Source: Mobula hypostoma (Eukaryota). Taken from it: DNA of 64,000 bases. Below, in pieces: positions 49,039 to 60,544 of the stretch (positions are counted from its first letter, which is position 1; each line of letters opens with the position of its first letter). The notes beneath the pieces were generated by a model that was not told the DNA's origin, did not search any database, and saw only the letters and a list, made by a program, of their open reading frames with translations. The stretch spans positions 33,172,001 to 33,236,000 of the forward strand of contig NC_086097.1 in NCBI RefSeq assembly GCF_963921235.1, written 5' to 3'. A program made the translations under genes and the position numbers.

Positions 49039-50409
49039 AGAAAGGCCAGTTGCTGGGCCCGGAGAATGCTACCCAGGTTTTCTGTGTTTTGGATATGGTC
49101 TTGGACTATGGTCTTTTTTTCCACTGTTATAGTTTTTTATATTCTGTGTTTTTTGTGTGTGTGGGAATCTAGACTTTTTTCAGTCCTACAGTTTATTTTA
49201 TATTCTGTGTTTTTTGCCTGATCTTTCTCGTATTTTTTGTGTGCATGGGAGGGGGATCTTTCTATTCTGTTTTTGTTCATTTTTTCTGCAGGGAAAGGAA
49301 TTTGAGCATTGATGATCATGCTGCCATTCTTTTCTTTCTTTATTTTGTGGCTATCTGGAGAAGAATTTCAGAGTTGTATACTTTGATTATAAATAAACCT
49401 TTGAACAACAAAGCAATGACAATGCACAACAGTAACAAAAGAAGCTCTTTTCCTCCCTCCATCCCACTACTCACACAATAGACAGTCCTCCAATTCCAGG
49501 ACAGGCCGCCTCCAGGTCTCCAGTGCACATTTTCACACATTGGGCCTTTGCTTCCCCAGTGGAATCATAAACCCAGAGTTTCAGCCATTAGGCCTCGACT
49601 TTTGAATTTATGATCAACCTTTGGGCTTCAATCTTCAGTATTGCTGATGTTGGGAACCTAAACTCCAGGCCTTGAACTCTGGACTCACCGAAGACAGGAC
49701 ACCAAACTCCAGGTGTCATCGAGAAAGTTGAATCTTGTCCAACACTTGAGAAAATCTGTACACTGATGTGCTTTTTTGATCACTATATCAGTGTGTAAAG
49801 GGACTAGGTGAGGTTGAAACTTGAAGGTGTCAACTATGTCTGCATTGTTATGGTGTTATTCAAGATCATGTGTGTGAGTGTCGGGATTTCATGAATGTAT
49901 CCTCCCACCAATCTACTGGTGCTGATGGGGATGTGGGGGGGAGGGGACTTTGTCTTTAAAACATACCAACAATTTGCTGTAATGTAATCAACCTTTGCGG
50001 TTTGGTCAAGAATGGTTAGCCCCTGAACTTGAGAAAGTGTGGAATGAGAAGGGAAACTGTTACCCAAGCTACTGCAAGTGGTGCCACAATGGGTCTTCAC
50101 CCCTGACTCGGGTAAGAACAGGAGTTTATCAACCTCTTGGTTATTGTTAGCATTCACTGAGATGAAGTTCTGGTTGATCTGTAATATAGCTGGACATATT
50201 TTTATGCAGGGTTGTAAGTGCAGACCATCTTAGAGCTTGCTGGCTCCTAATATTGACTTGTATTATCTTACAAACATTTTTGCACTTGGACTGCAGGGCT
50301 GACTTCTTGTTAACATGAAAGTGTCAACTTTAATGAGGCATATACCTTGGTGAGAGAGAAACTGAAAATCAGCGAAGGAAGTGAATACTTTACATTGGTA
50401 TTCGCAAAG

Positions 50410-51705
50410 GCAGCCGGGCTGGACAAAATCCCAGGCTGAGTACTCGGGGAGTGTGCACATCAGCTCACTGACATCTTCATGAACATCTTCAACACTTCAT
50501 TCATCCAGGTTGCCGACTCCACATGCTTCAAATCAGTCACCATCATTCCTGTACCAAAGAACTCTACACCTTTAGAACTAAATGACCCCTGCCTTGTGGC
50601 ACTGATGCCAGTCATTGTGAAGTGCTTTGAATGGTTGGTAATGGCACATATCAAAAACTCCTTCCCTACCACATTAGACACTCAACAATACGCTCACGGA
50701 TAGAACAGCTCTACAGCAAATGCCATAGCATCTGTCATGCACCTGGCCCTTTCACACCCTAGAAAACAAGGACTCATGTCAAAATGTTGCTTCTGGAATT
50801 AATTTCTGCATTTAACACTATTGTCCCACAGATCTTGGCAAACAAACTTCTATTCCTCAGTCTAAATACACCACTGTGCGACTGGATGTTGAACTTCCAA
50901 CAGACCTCAAATAGTCAGGATGCACTACTGCTCCTCCCTCCCCATCATCCTCAACATGGATGTCTCCTGAGCTCATTGCTGTACACTATGCCGTCTCGTG
51001 ACTGCACAGCCAAACATCCGAGTAATCATACTGTCATATCACCAGTGACACAACAGTGGTGGGGCTCATTACTAACAACGATGAGATGACCTATACAGAG
51101 AAGGTGGAAGAGCTTGAGGCCTGTTTCCAGGCAAATAACCTCTTCCTCAATATCATCAAGACAAAGAAGATGGCTATCAACTTCAGGAGAACTCACATCC
51201 CTCTTTACATCAGTGGCACAGCAATGGAAACTGGAAGCAGTTTCAAACTCCTGGAAGTGCACACCTTAAACAACCTCTCATTGTTCCAGAACACATCAGG
51301 AAAGCTCACCAATACCTCTACTTTCTGAGAAGTCTGAGGGGAGCTGGACTGTACACATCTATATTCACGTCATTCTACAGATGTGCAGCAGAGAGCATCC
51401 TAACATGCTGTATCACTGCTTGGTATGAAAACTGCACTACAGCGGAAAGGAAAGCTGTATAATGGCTAGTCAATACTACCCAATGCATCACTGGCACCAG
51501 CCTACCCACCAGCAAGGATATTTATACAGAAAGGTGCCAGAAAAGGGCCAGTAGCATTATGAAGGATCCCACCAACCCTGCTTATGGATTGATTGTCCCA
51601 CTCCCATCAGAGAGGAAGCTACATAGATTCCTCGCCAGGACCACTAGACGCAAAACATTTATTTTCCTCAAGCAATAAGGCTGACTAACATCTCCACCCA
51701 TTAAT
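50410..51705 (+). mobile_element. Decayed Rex1/Babar LINE (RT region to 3' end)
   Basis: CFKSVTIIPVPK...VALMPVIVKCFEWLV, SAFNTIVPQIL, NNLFLNIIKTKKMAINFRR, with frameshifts. Confidence 0.75.
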
Positions 51706-51717
51706 CCATCCCTCCAA

Positions 51718-52059
51718 GTCGGACAGCATCAATGGAAGAGAATAAACATTGACATTTCGGGCTGAGACCCCACATCAGGACTCTGGAATAATGGTCTCGG
51801 CTTGAAACGTCAACTGTTTATTCCTTTTGGTAGATGTTGCCTGACCTGCTGAGTTCCTCAGCATTTTGTACTCCATCCTCTCTCCCCACCTTTTTATTCT
51901 GGCTTCTGCTCCCTTCCTTTCCAGTCCTGATGAAGGGTCTGAGCCCAAAATGTTGACTGTTTATTCCCCTCCATAGATGCTGCCAGATTTCTAGCACCCT
52001 CGGAATCTCTTGTGTTGCCTTGGATTTCCAGCATCTGCAGACTTTCTTGTGTTTGTAAA
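51718..52059. mobile_element. Non-coding mini-PLE made only of pseudo-LTR pieces (inverted + tandem)
   Basis: Three decayed hammerhead motifs at ~51749-51783 (-), ~51781-51817 (+) and ~51922-51959 (+). 12-bp TSD CCATCCCTCCAA at 51706-51717 and 52060-52071. Confidence 0.75.
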
Positions 52060-53505
52060 CCATCCCTCCAAACCCCCAACCATCACTATTTTATCTTTTT
52101 CTGTCAGTCACCTTTTCTGAACCTAGCATCATTTTATGGACATACAATCAATCTATTTTATGCACAATATTTATATTTATTGTGTTTTTTAAAATTATTA
52201 TTATTATTGGGTTCTTTATCTTTTGTAATTTTTTTTGTGATGCATTGGATCTGGAGTAACAATTAATTCATTCTTTGTTTGCTGGAAATGACATTAAACA
52301 ATCTTGAATCTTGAAGTTTGCATCTTGACTTTGTCGTTGAAGAATTTAGTGAAGGAAAAGGTGGAAATCTAGTGTAGGTCTCCATAAATAAAGAGGAGGT
52401 ACTTGATGCCTTAGTGATCTTAAAGGTGAACGTTGAGGACATGTTGGCGCCCGAATGTATGGCGGCATTTCTGAGCTACTCTCAGCACATTCTTAGGTTG
52501 TGCTGGTTGTTATCACAAACAACACATTTCACTGTATATTTCAATATATATGTGATCAATAAATGAATCTGAATCTGAAAGACTCGATGGAATTTATCCC
52601 AGGCTGCTGCTGAACGAAGGGAAAAGATTGCTGGAGCTCTGGCTGAGATTTTCACATTTCCATTGGACACAAGTGAGGTCCCAGATGACTGGAAGATAGC
52701 AAACGTGGTCCTCTCAAGCAGGGCAGCAGGGAAAAGCCTGGTCCCTACAGACCTGGGAGCCCAACCTCCAGGGGTGGGAGAGATACTGGAAAACATTTGA
52801 AAGACATATTGATTACCTGGAAAAGCAGGGACACTTCAGAAACAGCCAACATGACTCTGTCAAGGGCAGATCCTGTCTGACCAATCTGAATTCTTAAAAC
52901 ATAAAGTGTATTAATGAGAGCAGTGCAGATTTACATGGATTTTATGGGTTTACAAAGTCCCACTTGAGAGACTGATTCTAAAAATCTTGGGTTGGTAGCA
53001 ACTGCTGTTCACCTCCCCTGATTCCACCTATCACCTCCCAGCCCCTTCCTCCTTCCTTCCTCTCATCTCTTTATACCAGCTCTCTCCACTCTTAATGCTG
53101 ATACAGGGTCAAAGAGCACTACAGCACAGAACAGGCCCTTTAGTACATCTAGATTGGCTTCAGGTCTTAACTCGAAACAGCAAGTTCCTTTGCCTTCACA
53201 AACATTGCTTGATCCATCAAGTTTCCCCAGGTGATGTTCTTTGCTCCAGATTCCAGCATCTGAGTCTCCTGTATCTCTGTTCAAGTTCTTTCTTTAACAA
53301 CCATTTATCTTCATGAAAGCATTCATCATGAATGTTTTTCAATTGTTTGCAATATTCTAATATTGTATCATAGCGTATACTGTGTATCATAGGCAAATGG
53401 ATGGCTATATAGAGGGAAGGGTTAGATTGATCTTCGGGTATGTTAAAAGATTGGCACAACATTATGGGCTAAAAGGCCTTTACTGTGCTGTACTGCTCTA
53501 TGCTC

Positions 53506-53508
<3 letters not shown>

Positions 53509-53540
<32 letters not shown>
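53509..53540 (+). repeat. (TG)16 microsatellite
   Basis: Perfect TG run ending ~70 nt upstream of the exon at 53610. Confidence 0.95.
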
Positions 53541-53542
<2 letters not shown>

Positions 53543-53609
53543 CATCAAGTGATGACGTCAATGCCATAGCCACGATCTCTCTATGATTCCTCCTTTTCAT
53601 TTCTCTCAG

Positions 53610-53761
53610 TTATCCAACATGAACCTTGAAAGTGGAACACTGAACAGGGGAAATGGATTCATGACTCCCGCTGTCCATTCATCAGTCACTACCCTGGGCC
53701 CAGCACGGACTTCCCACTCTGACTCTGGATGTGCCAGCAGAGCTGCTTCCGAAGCCTCCTG
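53610..53761 (+). CDS. TTLL5: TTLL5 exon
   Basis: Acceptor tttcatttctctcag|TTA and donor CTG|gtaagc; 152 nt, phase 0-2, compatible with the preceding exon. Encodes LSNMNLESGTLNRGNGFMTPAVHSSVTTLGPARTSHSD..., matching recalled 'VTNLNLATGIINRSSAS...GPTWSTQSD'. Confidence 0.85.
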
Positions 53762-53992
53762 GTAAGCTCATTCAAAAGAGCCTACTTGTCACTTATGGAG
53801 TTGTTGTTCAATGCCAGGAGAGACTGTTAGCCTGATTGCCAAGCCATCCAAAAGGGGTTGGTCATTAGCCAGCTGCAATGTGTTATGGTGTGTTCTCCCT
53901 GTGGAGCTGCAGTGTGACTCCATTAGAATTGGTCTATTATTGTCATATGTGCAGAAGTACTATGAAGAGTTTGTCTTGCATACTGTTCATAT

Positions 53993-54130
53993 AAACAAAG
54001 GAGGTTCTGCAAATCCTGGAAATCTAGAGCAACACACAAAATGATGAGGGTCTTTGCCTGAAATGTCGACTGTTTATTCCCCTCCATAGATGCTGTCTGA
54101 ACTGCTGAGGTCCTCCAGCATTTTGTGTGC
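53993..54130. mobile_element. 138-bp mini-PLE (inverted tail + hammerhead-bearing pLTR piece)
   Basis: 16-bp TSD TGCATACTGTTCATAT at 53977-53992 and 54131-54146. Interior AAACAAAGGAGGTTCTGCAAATCCTGG (inverted tail), then TGATGAGGGTCTTTGCCTGAAATGTCGACTG. Confidence 0.8.
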
Positions 54131-55049
54131 TGCATACTGTTCATATCGATTAAAGCATTACCCAGTGCATTGAGGTAGTACAAGGAAAATCAATAACGAT
54201 GCCAAGTAAAGTGTAACAGCCATAGAGAAAGTGCAGTGTAGGTAGACAATAAAGTGCAAGATCATAATGTGGTAAATTGTGAGGTCAAGGGTCCATTTTA
54301 TAAGTTAATCCCATTTAAACTAATTATATCATTGTGCTTTCATCAACTTATTTCTTTCCCGCCACCTCCTTCTGGTTCCATCCTCCTTCCCTTTCTCCCG
54401 TGGTCCACTCTCCACCCCTATCAGATTCCTCTTCTCAGCCCTATATGTTTTCCACCTATCACCTCCCAGCTTCTTGCTTCATCTCCCTCTCGCCACCCAC
54501 CCACCTTCCCCCTCACCTGGCTTCACTTATAACCTGCCAGCTTGTACTCCTCCCCCTCTCCCCACCTTTTTATTCTGGCTTCTGTTCCCTTCCTTTCCGG
54601 TCCTGATGAAGGGTCTGAGCCCAAAATGTTGCCTGTTTACTCCCCTCCATAGATGCTGCCAGATTTCTAGCACCTTCGGAATCTCTTGTGTTTATGACTT
54701 ATTGGTCACCCAGTTAAGTTGTGCTCAAAAGCCACACAAAAGGTGGGGTTGTAGAAGATATTAATATGATCCTTGTGTGTTTCTGTGTCTTTCTGGGACT
54801 TTGCTGCTAGCCTTTACCTCCCCTTGAGCTGGTGCGTCTGTAATGCTGTCTGACCGTTAATGAGGTCAGTGGCATTACTAAGTCATTTCAATGTGGAGCC
54901 AGACATGCTGGTCTAGGTCTGGAATCACCACCCAGCCAGATCGCGTTATGGCAGTAGATGTCCTCCTTCATGAAGACATCGGTGACCAGTAGGGTAATGG
55001 GCACTATTACCGATGTTATTTTATTTACTCCGGATTATTTACCTAAAAT

Positions 55050-55725
55050 TTTCTTATGTGAGGCAAAGCAGCAATGAAGTCATGGACCCTATACAGATTA
55101 TGGAGAAGGATTTTTTTGCCGTCTTGAGGAAAATTAGCGTGGATAAATACTCAGGGCCTGACAAACCTTGTGAGAGGCTAGTGCAGAAATTCTTGTAGAC
55201 CCTAGCAGAGATATTTAAAACATCTTTTGCAATGAATGAGATGCTGGGAGAATTGGAGGATAGCTAATGTTGTTTTGCTGTTCAAGAAAGGCTCTAAGAA
55301 TAAACCAGGAAATTGAAAGCCGGTGAGTCTGACATCAATAGTAGGTAAGTTATTGGAATGTATTCTAAAGGACCAGATATATAAGTATCTGGATAGACAT
55401 AACTAATTAGGGGTAGTCAACATGGCTTTGTGCATGCTAGATCATGTCTAACCAATTTTATAGAGTTTTTCAAAGAAGTTATCAGCAAAGTTGATGAAGG
55501 CAAGATAGTAGATGTTATCTACATGTACTTTATCAAGGCCTTTGACAAGGTCCTGCTTGGGAGGTTGGTCAAGATAGTTCAGTTGCTTGGTATTCAAGGT
55601 AGTAAACTGGTTTAGACATTGGCTTCACAGGAGAAGCCAGAGTGTGGCAGTAGATAGTTGCCTCTTTGACTGTTGGCCTGTGACTAGAGGTGTGCCGCAG
55701 GGATCAATGCTGGGTCCTTTGTGCC
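55050..55725 (+). mobile_element. CR1/HER1 RT fragment
   Basis: ISVDKYSGPDK, RSCLTNFIEFFKEV...KAFDKV, VTRGVPQGSMLGPL. Confidence 0.75.
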
Positions 55726-57189
55726 AGGTGACTTACAGTACGGTCAAAGAGCAGCCAATTGGACCATAGTTATCGGTGCTTCCAAGTTCCTCTGTTAAAA
55801 ATTATCCAGAGTCCCTTAATGTTGAAACCCATTGCAGAGGTCAAGAGTTTCCCACCCTGTGTGTGATATACTTTAATGTGGGTTTTCCAATAATCTCCCT
55901 TATCCTACACTTCTCTGCCTCATTCAGTCTCCATTGCACTCTTTTTCTGTCCATGATACTAATTCTGACACTTTCCTTCTCCTGCTCTTTCCTTTTTTCC
56001 TTTCAGAGTCATCACTAATAATTAACCTAATTCTAATCTGCTCCAAAACTGGTGACTGTGGTGTCCACAGCAGAGGCTGAGGGAAACGGTGAATCGTGCT
56101 CTCTCTCTCTGGATTTGATTGCAGCTTGTCTTGTACATACCCTAACAATTCCAATCACTGAAGCGTGCACACACACAGCTGCATCAGAACACACCAAACT
56201 GACATCTGTATTGTGAGCCCTGGACACTGACCCACATTAAATCGTCCCCATTCTTTCGGAAGCATGCTGTCAAATGAGGGAGGCTTGCCAAACTGCGTAG
56301 GAAGAGGAAGTATCAACTGGTGGGGAGGTGAGGGGGTGGGGGAATACATTTAACTCAACTCACCGCCAGTAGTAAATTGTACAAAATCTATAACTACTTA
56401 CAGCAGTAAGTAATGATGCCAAATGAGCCTCCTGTTTTCAATTTGTGTTCATGGAGAGATACAAGTGGGGGCAGAGATTTCAACTCGGCAATTCAGCCCA
56501 TGTTTTTGACCTTACAGATTGTCAGCAGGTTACAGAAAGTTTGTGGGTGTGGGTGCAGGAGATCATGGTGTGTGTGTGTGTGTGTAAGGGATCACAGCAT
56601 GCATGGGAGCAGAGGATCGTGTGTGTGTGCGGGAGCAGGAGATCACGGCGAGCATGGGAGCAGAAGATTACAGTGTGTGTGGGTGTAGGATGTCATGGCA
56701 TGTGTGCATGCAGGAGATCACGGCAGTAGTGTGTAGGAGCAGGGGGGGGTCCTGTTTTCAATTTGTGTTTATAGAGAGATGCAAGCAAAGCAAAGATTTC
56801 AACTCTGCAATTCAACCCATGTTCTTGGGGCCCGTCCAGGGATCCTCTCAGCAGGTGACAGAAAGTGTGTGGGTGTGTATGTGTGGGAAATCACGGTTTA
56901 CGTGGGAGCGGGAAGTCATGGCGTGTGCGTGTGTGGGAACTGGAGATCACAGGTGCATGGGAGCAAGGAATCAAGCTGTGGATGTATGCATGAGATCATG
57001 GTGTACGTGGCTGCAGGGAATCACAGCGTATGTATGTGGGTGTGGGAGATCATGGCGTGTGTGGGAGCGGGGAATCATCAAATCCACAAGTCCTGACTAA
57101 GGGTCTCGGCCTGAAACGTCGACTGTACCTCTTCCTAGAGATGCTGCCTGGCCTGCTGCGTTCACCAGCAACTTTTATGTGTGTTGCTC

Positions 57190-58285
57190 GAGTTTATTTT
57201 TATTCAGTCATATACAGGGATACTGCCAAATGAACAAGTGTTCGTCCATACCAAGGTACACAACACAGTACATACTGTATTACTCTCACATCACATAAAG
57301 TAAAATTACCACATATATTTAACAAATAATAAGGTGCATTTACAAGACAAGTTAAAAAGTAAACAGTGTAAGGTTACTGGCACTTTGTTCATGATGAAAC
57401 TTGGGTGGTGGCAGGGAGTTCAGTAGTCTCAAGGCCTGGGGGAGAAACTGTTTTCCATCGTAACAGTCCGTGTCTTAATGCTACAGCACCTCCTACATGA
57501 TGGTAGGCGTCAAAGGGATTGTTGAATGGATGGAAGAGATCATTAATAATTCTGGGGGCACTGCGTAAGCAGTGATTATGGTAAATATTTCATATGGGTG
57601 GAAGAGAGACCCCGATGATCCCATCAGTAGCTCTCACAATCCTGGGTGGTGGGGGGGATGCTGTGGGAGAAACTCACTCACCTCAAACTCCTCAAGAAGT
57701 GGTGACGCGGCTGTGCTTTGTTGACTAAAGAGGTGGTGTTGAGGGACCAGGTGACATTGTTCATTATGTGCAGTGAGAAGTGATTACCTCGCATATTTCC
57801 AAAGTCCACAATCATTTCTTTAGTCTTGTCAATGTTGAGACTCAAGTTGTTGTGCTCATCCCGTTCTACCAGCCTCTCTTCCTCCTCTCTGTACACTGTT
57901 TCATTGTAATTGTTGATGAGGCAATTACAATTGTTGTGTCATCAGCGAACTTGGTGATCCAATTTGAACTGGATCTAGCAGTCCAGTCATGTGTCAGCAG
58001 TGTGAACACCATCAGGCTGAGCACACAGCAATGGAGGTACCAGTGCTCAGCATGATGGAGCTAGAGAAGCTGCTGCCAACACAGATTGACTGTGGCCTTT
58101 CTGTCAACAGGTCGAAGATCCAGTTACAGAAAGAGGTGTTATGACCCAATGTGGACAGTTCACCACCGGTAAATCCCTCATTTGCCATATGGGATCATCA
58201 TATTAAACACATAGCTGAAGTCAATAAACAGCATTCTGGCGTATGAGGCACAATTTCCAAATGGGACAGGACAGGGTGGAGTGCA
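57190..58285 (-). mobile_element. Decayed Rex1/Babar LINE
   Basis: [46 protein letters not shown]. Confidence 0.7.
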
Positions 58286-58309
58286 GAGACGTGGATTGTG
58301 GCATGTGTA

Positions 58310-59300
58310 GGGGCAGGGAATCATGACATGTGTATGTGGGAGCAGAAGATCATGGTGTGTGTGTGGGGAAACAGGAGACCGTAGCATGTGTACATGGGCG
58401 TAGGAGATCAGTGTGTGTGTGTGTGTGTGTTAGTATGAGATCACAGTATGTTTGGAAGCAGGAGATTACAGCGTGTGTGTGTGTGGAAGATCACAGTGTG
58501 TGTGGGGGAGCAGGAGATCACAGTGTGTGTGTGGGAGATCACAGTGTGTGTGTGAGCGGGAGATCACAGCAGGTGTGTGGAAGTATGAGATCACAGTGTG
58601 TGTGGGAGCAGGAGATCATGGTGTGTGTGTGAGCAGGAGATCACGGTGTGAGTGTGCAGGAGATCACAGTGTGTGTGGGGGAGCAGGAGATCACAGTGTG
58701 TGTGTGGGAGATCACAGTGTGTGTGTGAGCGGGAGATCACAGCAGGTGTGTGGAAGTATGAGATCACAGTGTGTGTGGGAGCAGGAGATCACGGTGTGAG
58801 TGTGCAGGAGATCACAGTGTGTGTGGCAGCGGGAGATCACAGTGTGTGTGGCAGCGGGAGATCACGGTGTGTGTGTGTGTGGGAGATCACAGTGTGTGTG
58901 GGAGCAGGAGATCATGGTGTGTGTGGGAGCAGGAGATCACGGTGTGTGTGTGAGTGGGAGATCACAGTGTGTGTGTGTGAGCGGGAGATCACAGTGGGTG
59001 TGTGAGCAGGAGATCACGGTGTGAGTGTGCAGGAGATCACAGTGTGTGTGGCAGCGGGAGATCACAGTGTGTGTGTGTGTGGGAGATCACAGTGTGTGTG
59101 GGAGCAGGAGATCACGGTGTGTGTGTGAGAGCAGGAGATCACAGTGTGTGTGAGAGCAGGAGATCACGGTGTGTGTGTGTGTGAGTGGGAGATCACAGTG
59201 TGTGTGTGTGAGCGGAAGATCACAGTGTGTGTGTTAGCGGGAGATCACAGTGTGTGTCTGTGAGCGGGAGATCACAGTGTGTGTGAAAGCAGGAGATCAC

Positions 59301-59336
<36 letters not shown>

Positions 59337-60513
59337 TGGGAGATCACAGTGTGTGTGTGTGTGTGAGCGGAAGATCACAGTGTGTGTGTTAGCGGGAGAT
59401 CACAGTGTGTGTCTGTGAGTGGGAGATCACAGTGTGTGTGTGAGTGGGAGATCATGGTGTGTGTGTGAGAGCAGCAGATCACGGTGTGTGTGTGTGTTAG
59501 CGGGAGATGACAGTGTGTGTGTGTGTGCGGGAGATCACAGTGTGTGTGAGTGGGAGATCACGGTGTGTGTGTGAGCGGGAGATCACGGTGTATGTGGGAA
59601 CGGGAGATCACGGTGTGTGTGTGCAGGAGATCACAGTGTGTGAGCGGGAGATCACAGCGGGTGTCTGGGAGCGGGAGATCACAGCGGGTGTGTGGGAGCA
59701 GGAGATCATGGTGTGTGTGCAGGAGATCACAGTGTGTGAGCGGGAGATCACGGTGCGTGGGAGCAGGAGATCACGGTGCATGGGAGCAGGAGATCACAGT
59801 GTGTGTGTGGGAGCAGGAGATCACAGTGTGTGTGTGCGGGAGATCACGGTTTGTGAGGGAGCAGGAGATCACGGTGTGTGTGTGTGTGAGCGGGAGATCA
59901 CGGTGTGTGTGTGCAGGAGATCACGGTGTATGATCGGGAGATCACAGCGGGTGTGTGTGTGTGTGTGAGCAGGAGATCACGGCATGTGTGTGTGTGGGAG
60001 ATCATGGTGTGTGTGTGTGAGCGGGAGATCACGGCATGTGTGTTAGTGGGAGATCACGGTATGTGCGTGAACGGAAGATCATGGTGTGTGGGAGCGGGAG
60101 ATCATGGTGTATGTGTGAGCAGGAGATCACGGTGTGTGTGTTAGTGGGAGATCATGGTGTGTGTGTTAGCGGGAGATGACTCTGTGTGTGTGTGTGTGTG
60201 TGTGGGCGGGAGATCACGGTGTGTGCGTGAGCGGGAGATCACAGTATGTGTGTGTGTATGTGCGGGAGATCACGGTGTGTGCGGGAGATCACGGTGTGTG
60301 CGTGAGCGGGAGATCACAGTGTGTGTGTGTGTGCGGGAGATCACAGTGTGTGTGTGGAAGATCATGAGTGAGCGGGAGATCACGGTGTGTGTGTGAGGAG
60401 GAGATCACAGTGGGTGTTTGTGAGCGGGAGATCACGGTGTGTGTGTTAGCGGGAGATCACAGTGTGTCTCTGTGAGCGGGAGATCACAGTGTGTGTGAGA
60501 GCAGGAGATCACG

Positions 60514-60544
<31 letters not shown>

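Noticed and set aside
57089..57188. Short pLTR copies as reverse-transcribed ribozyme cleavage products
   Set aside because: Their 5' ends lie upstream of the GUC site and include the core, so they do not start at the predicted cleavage position.
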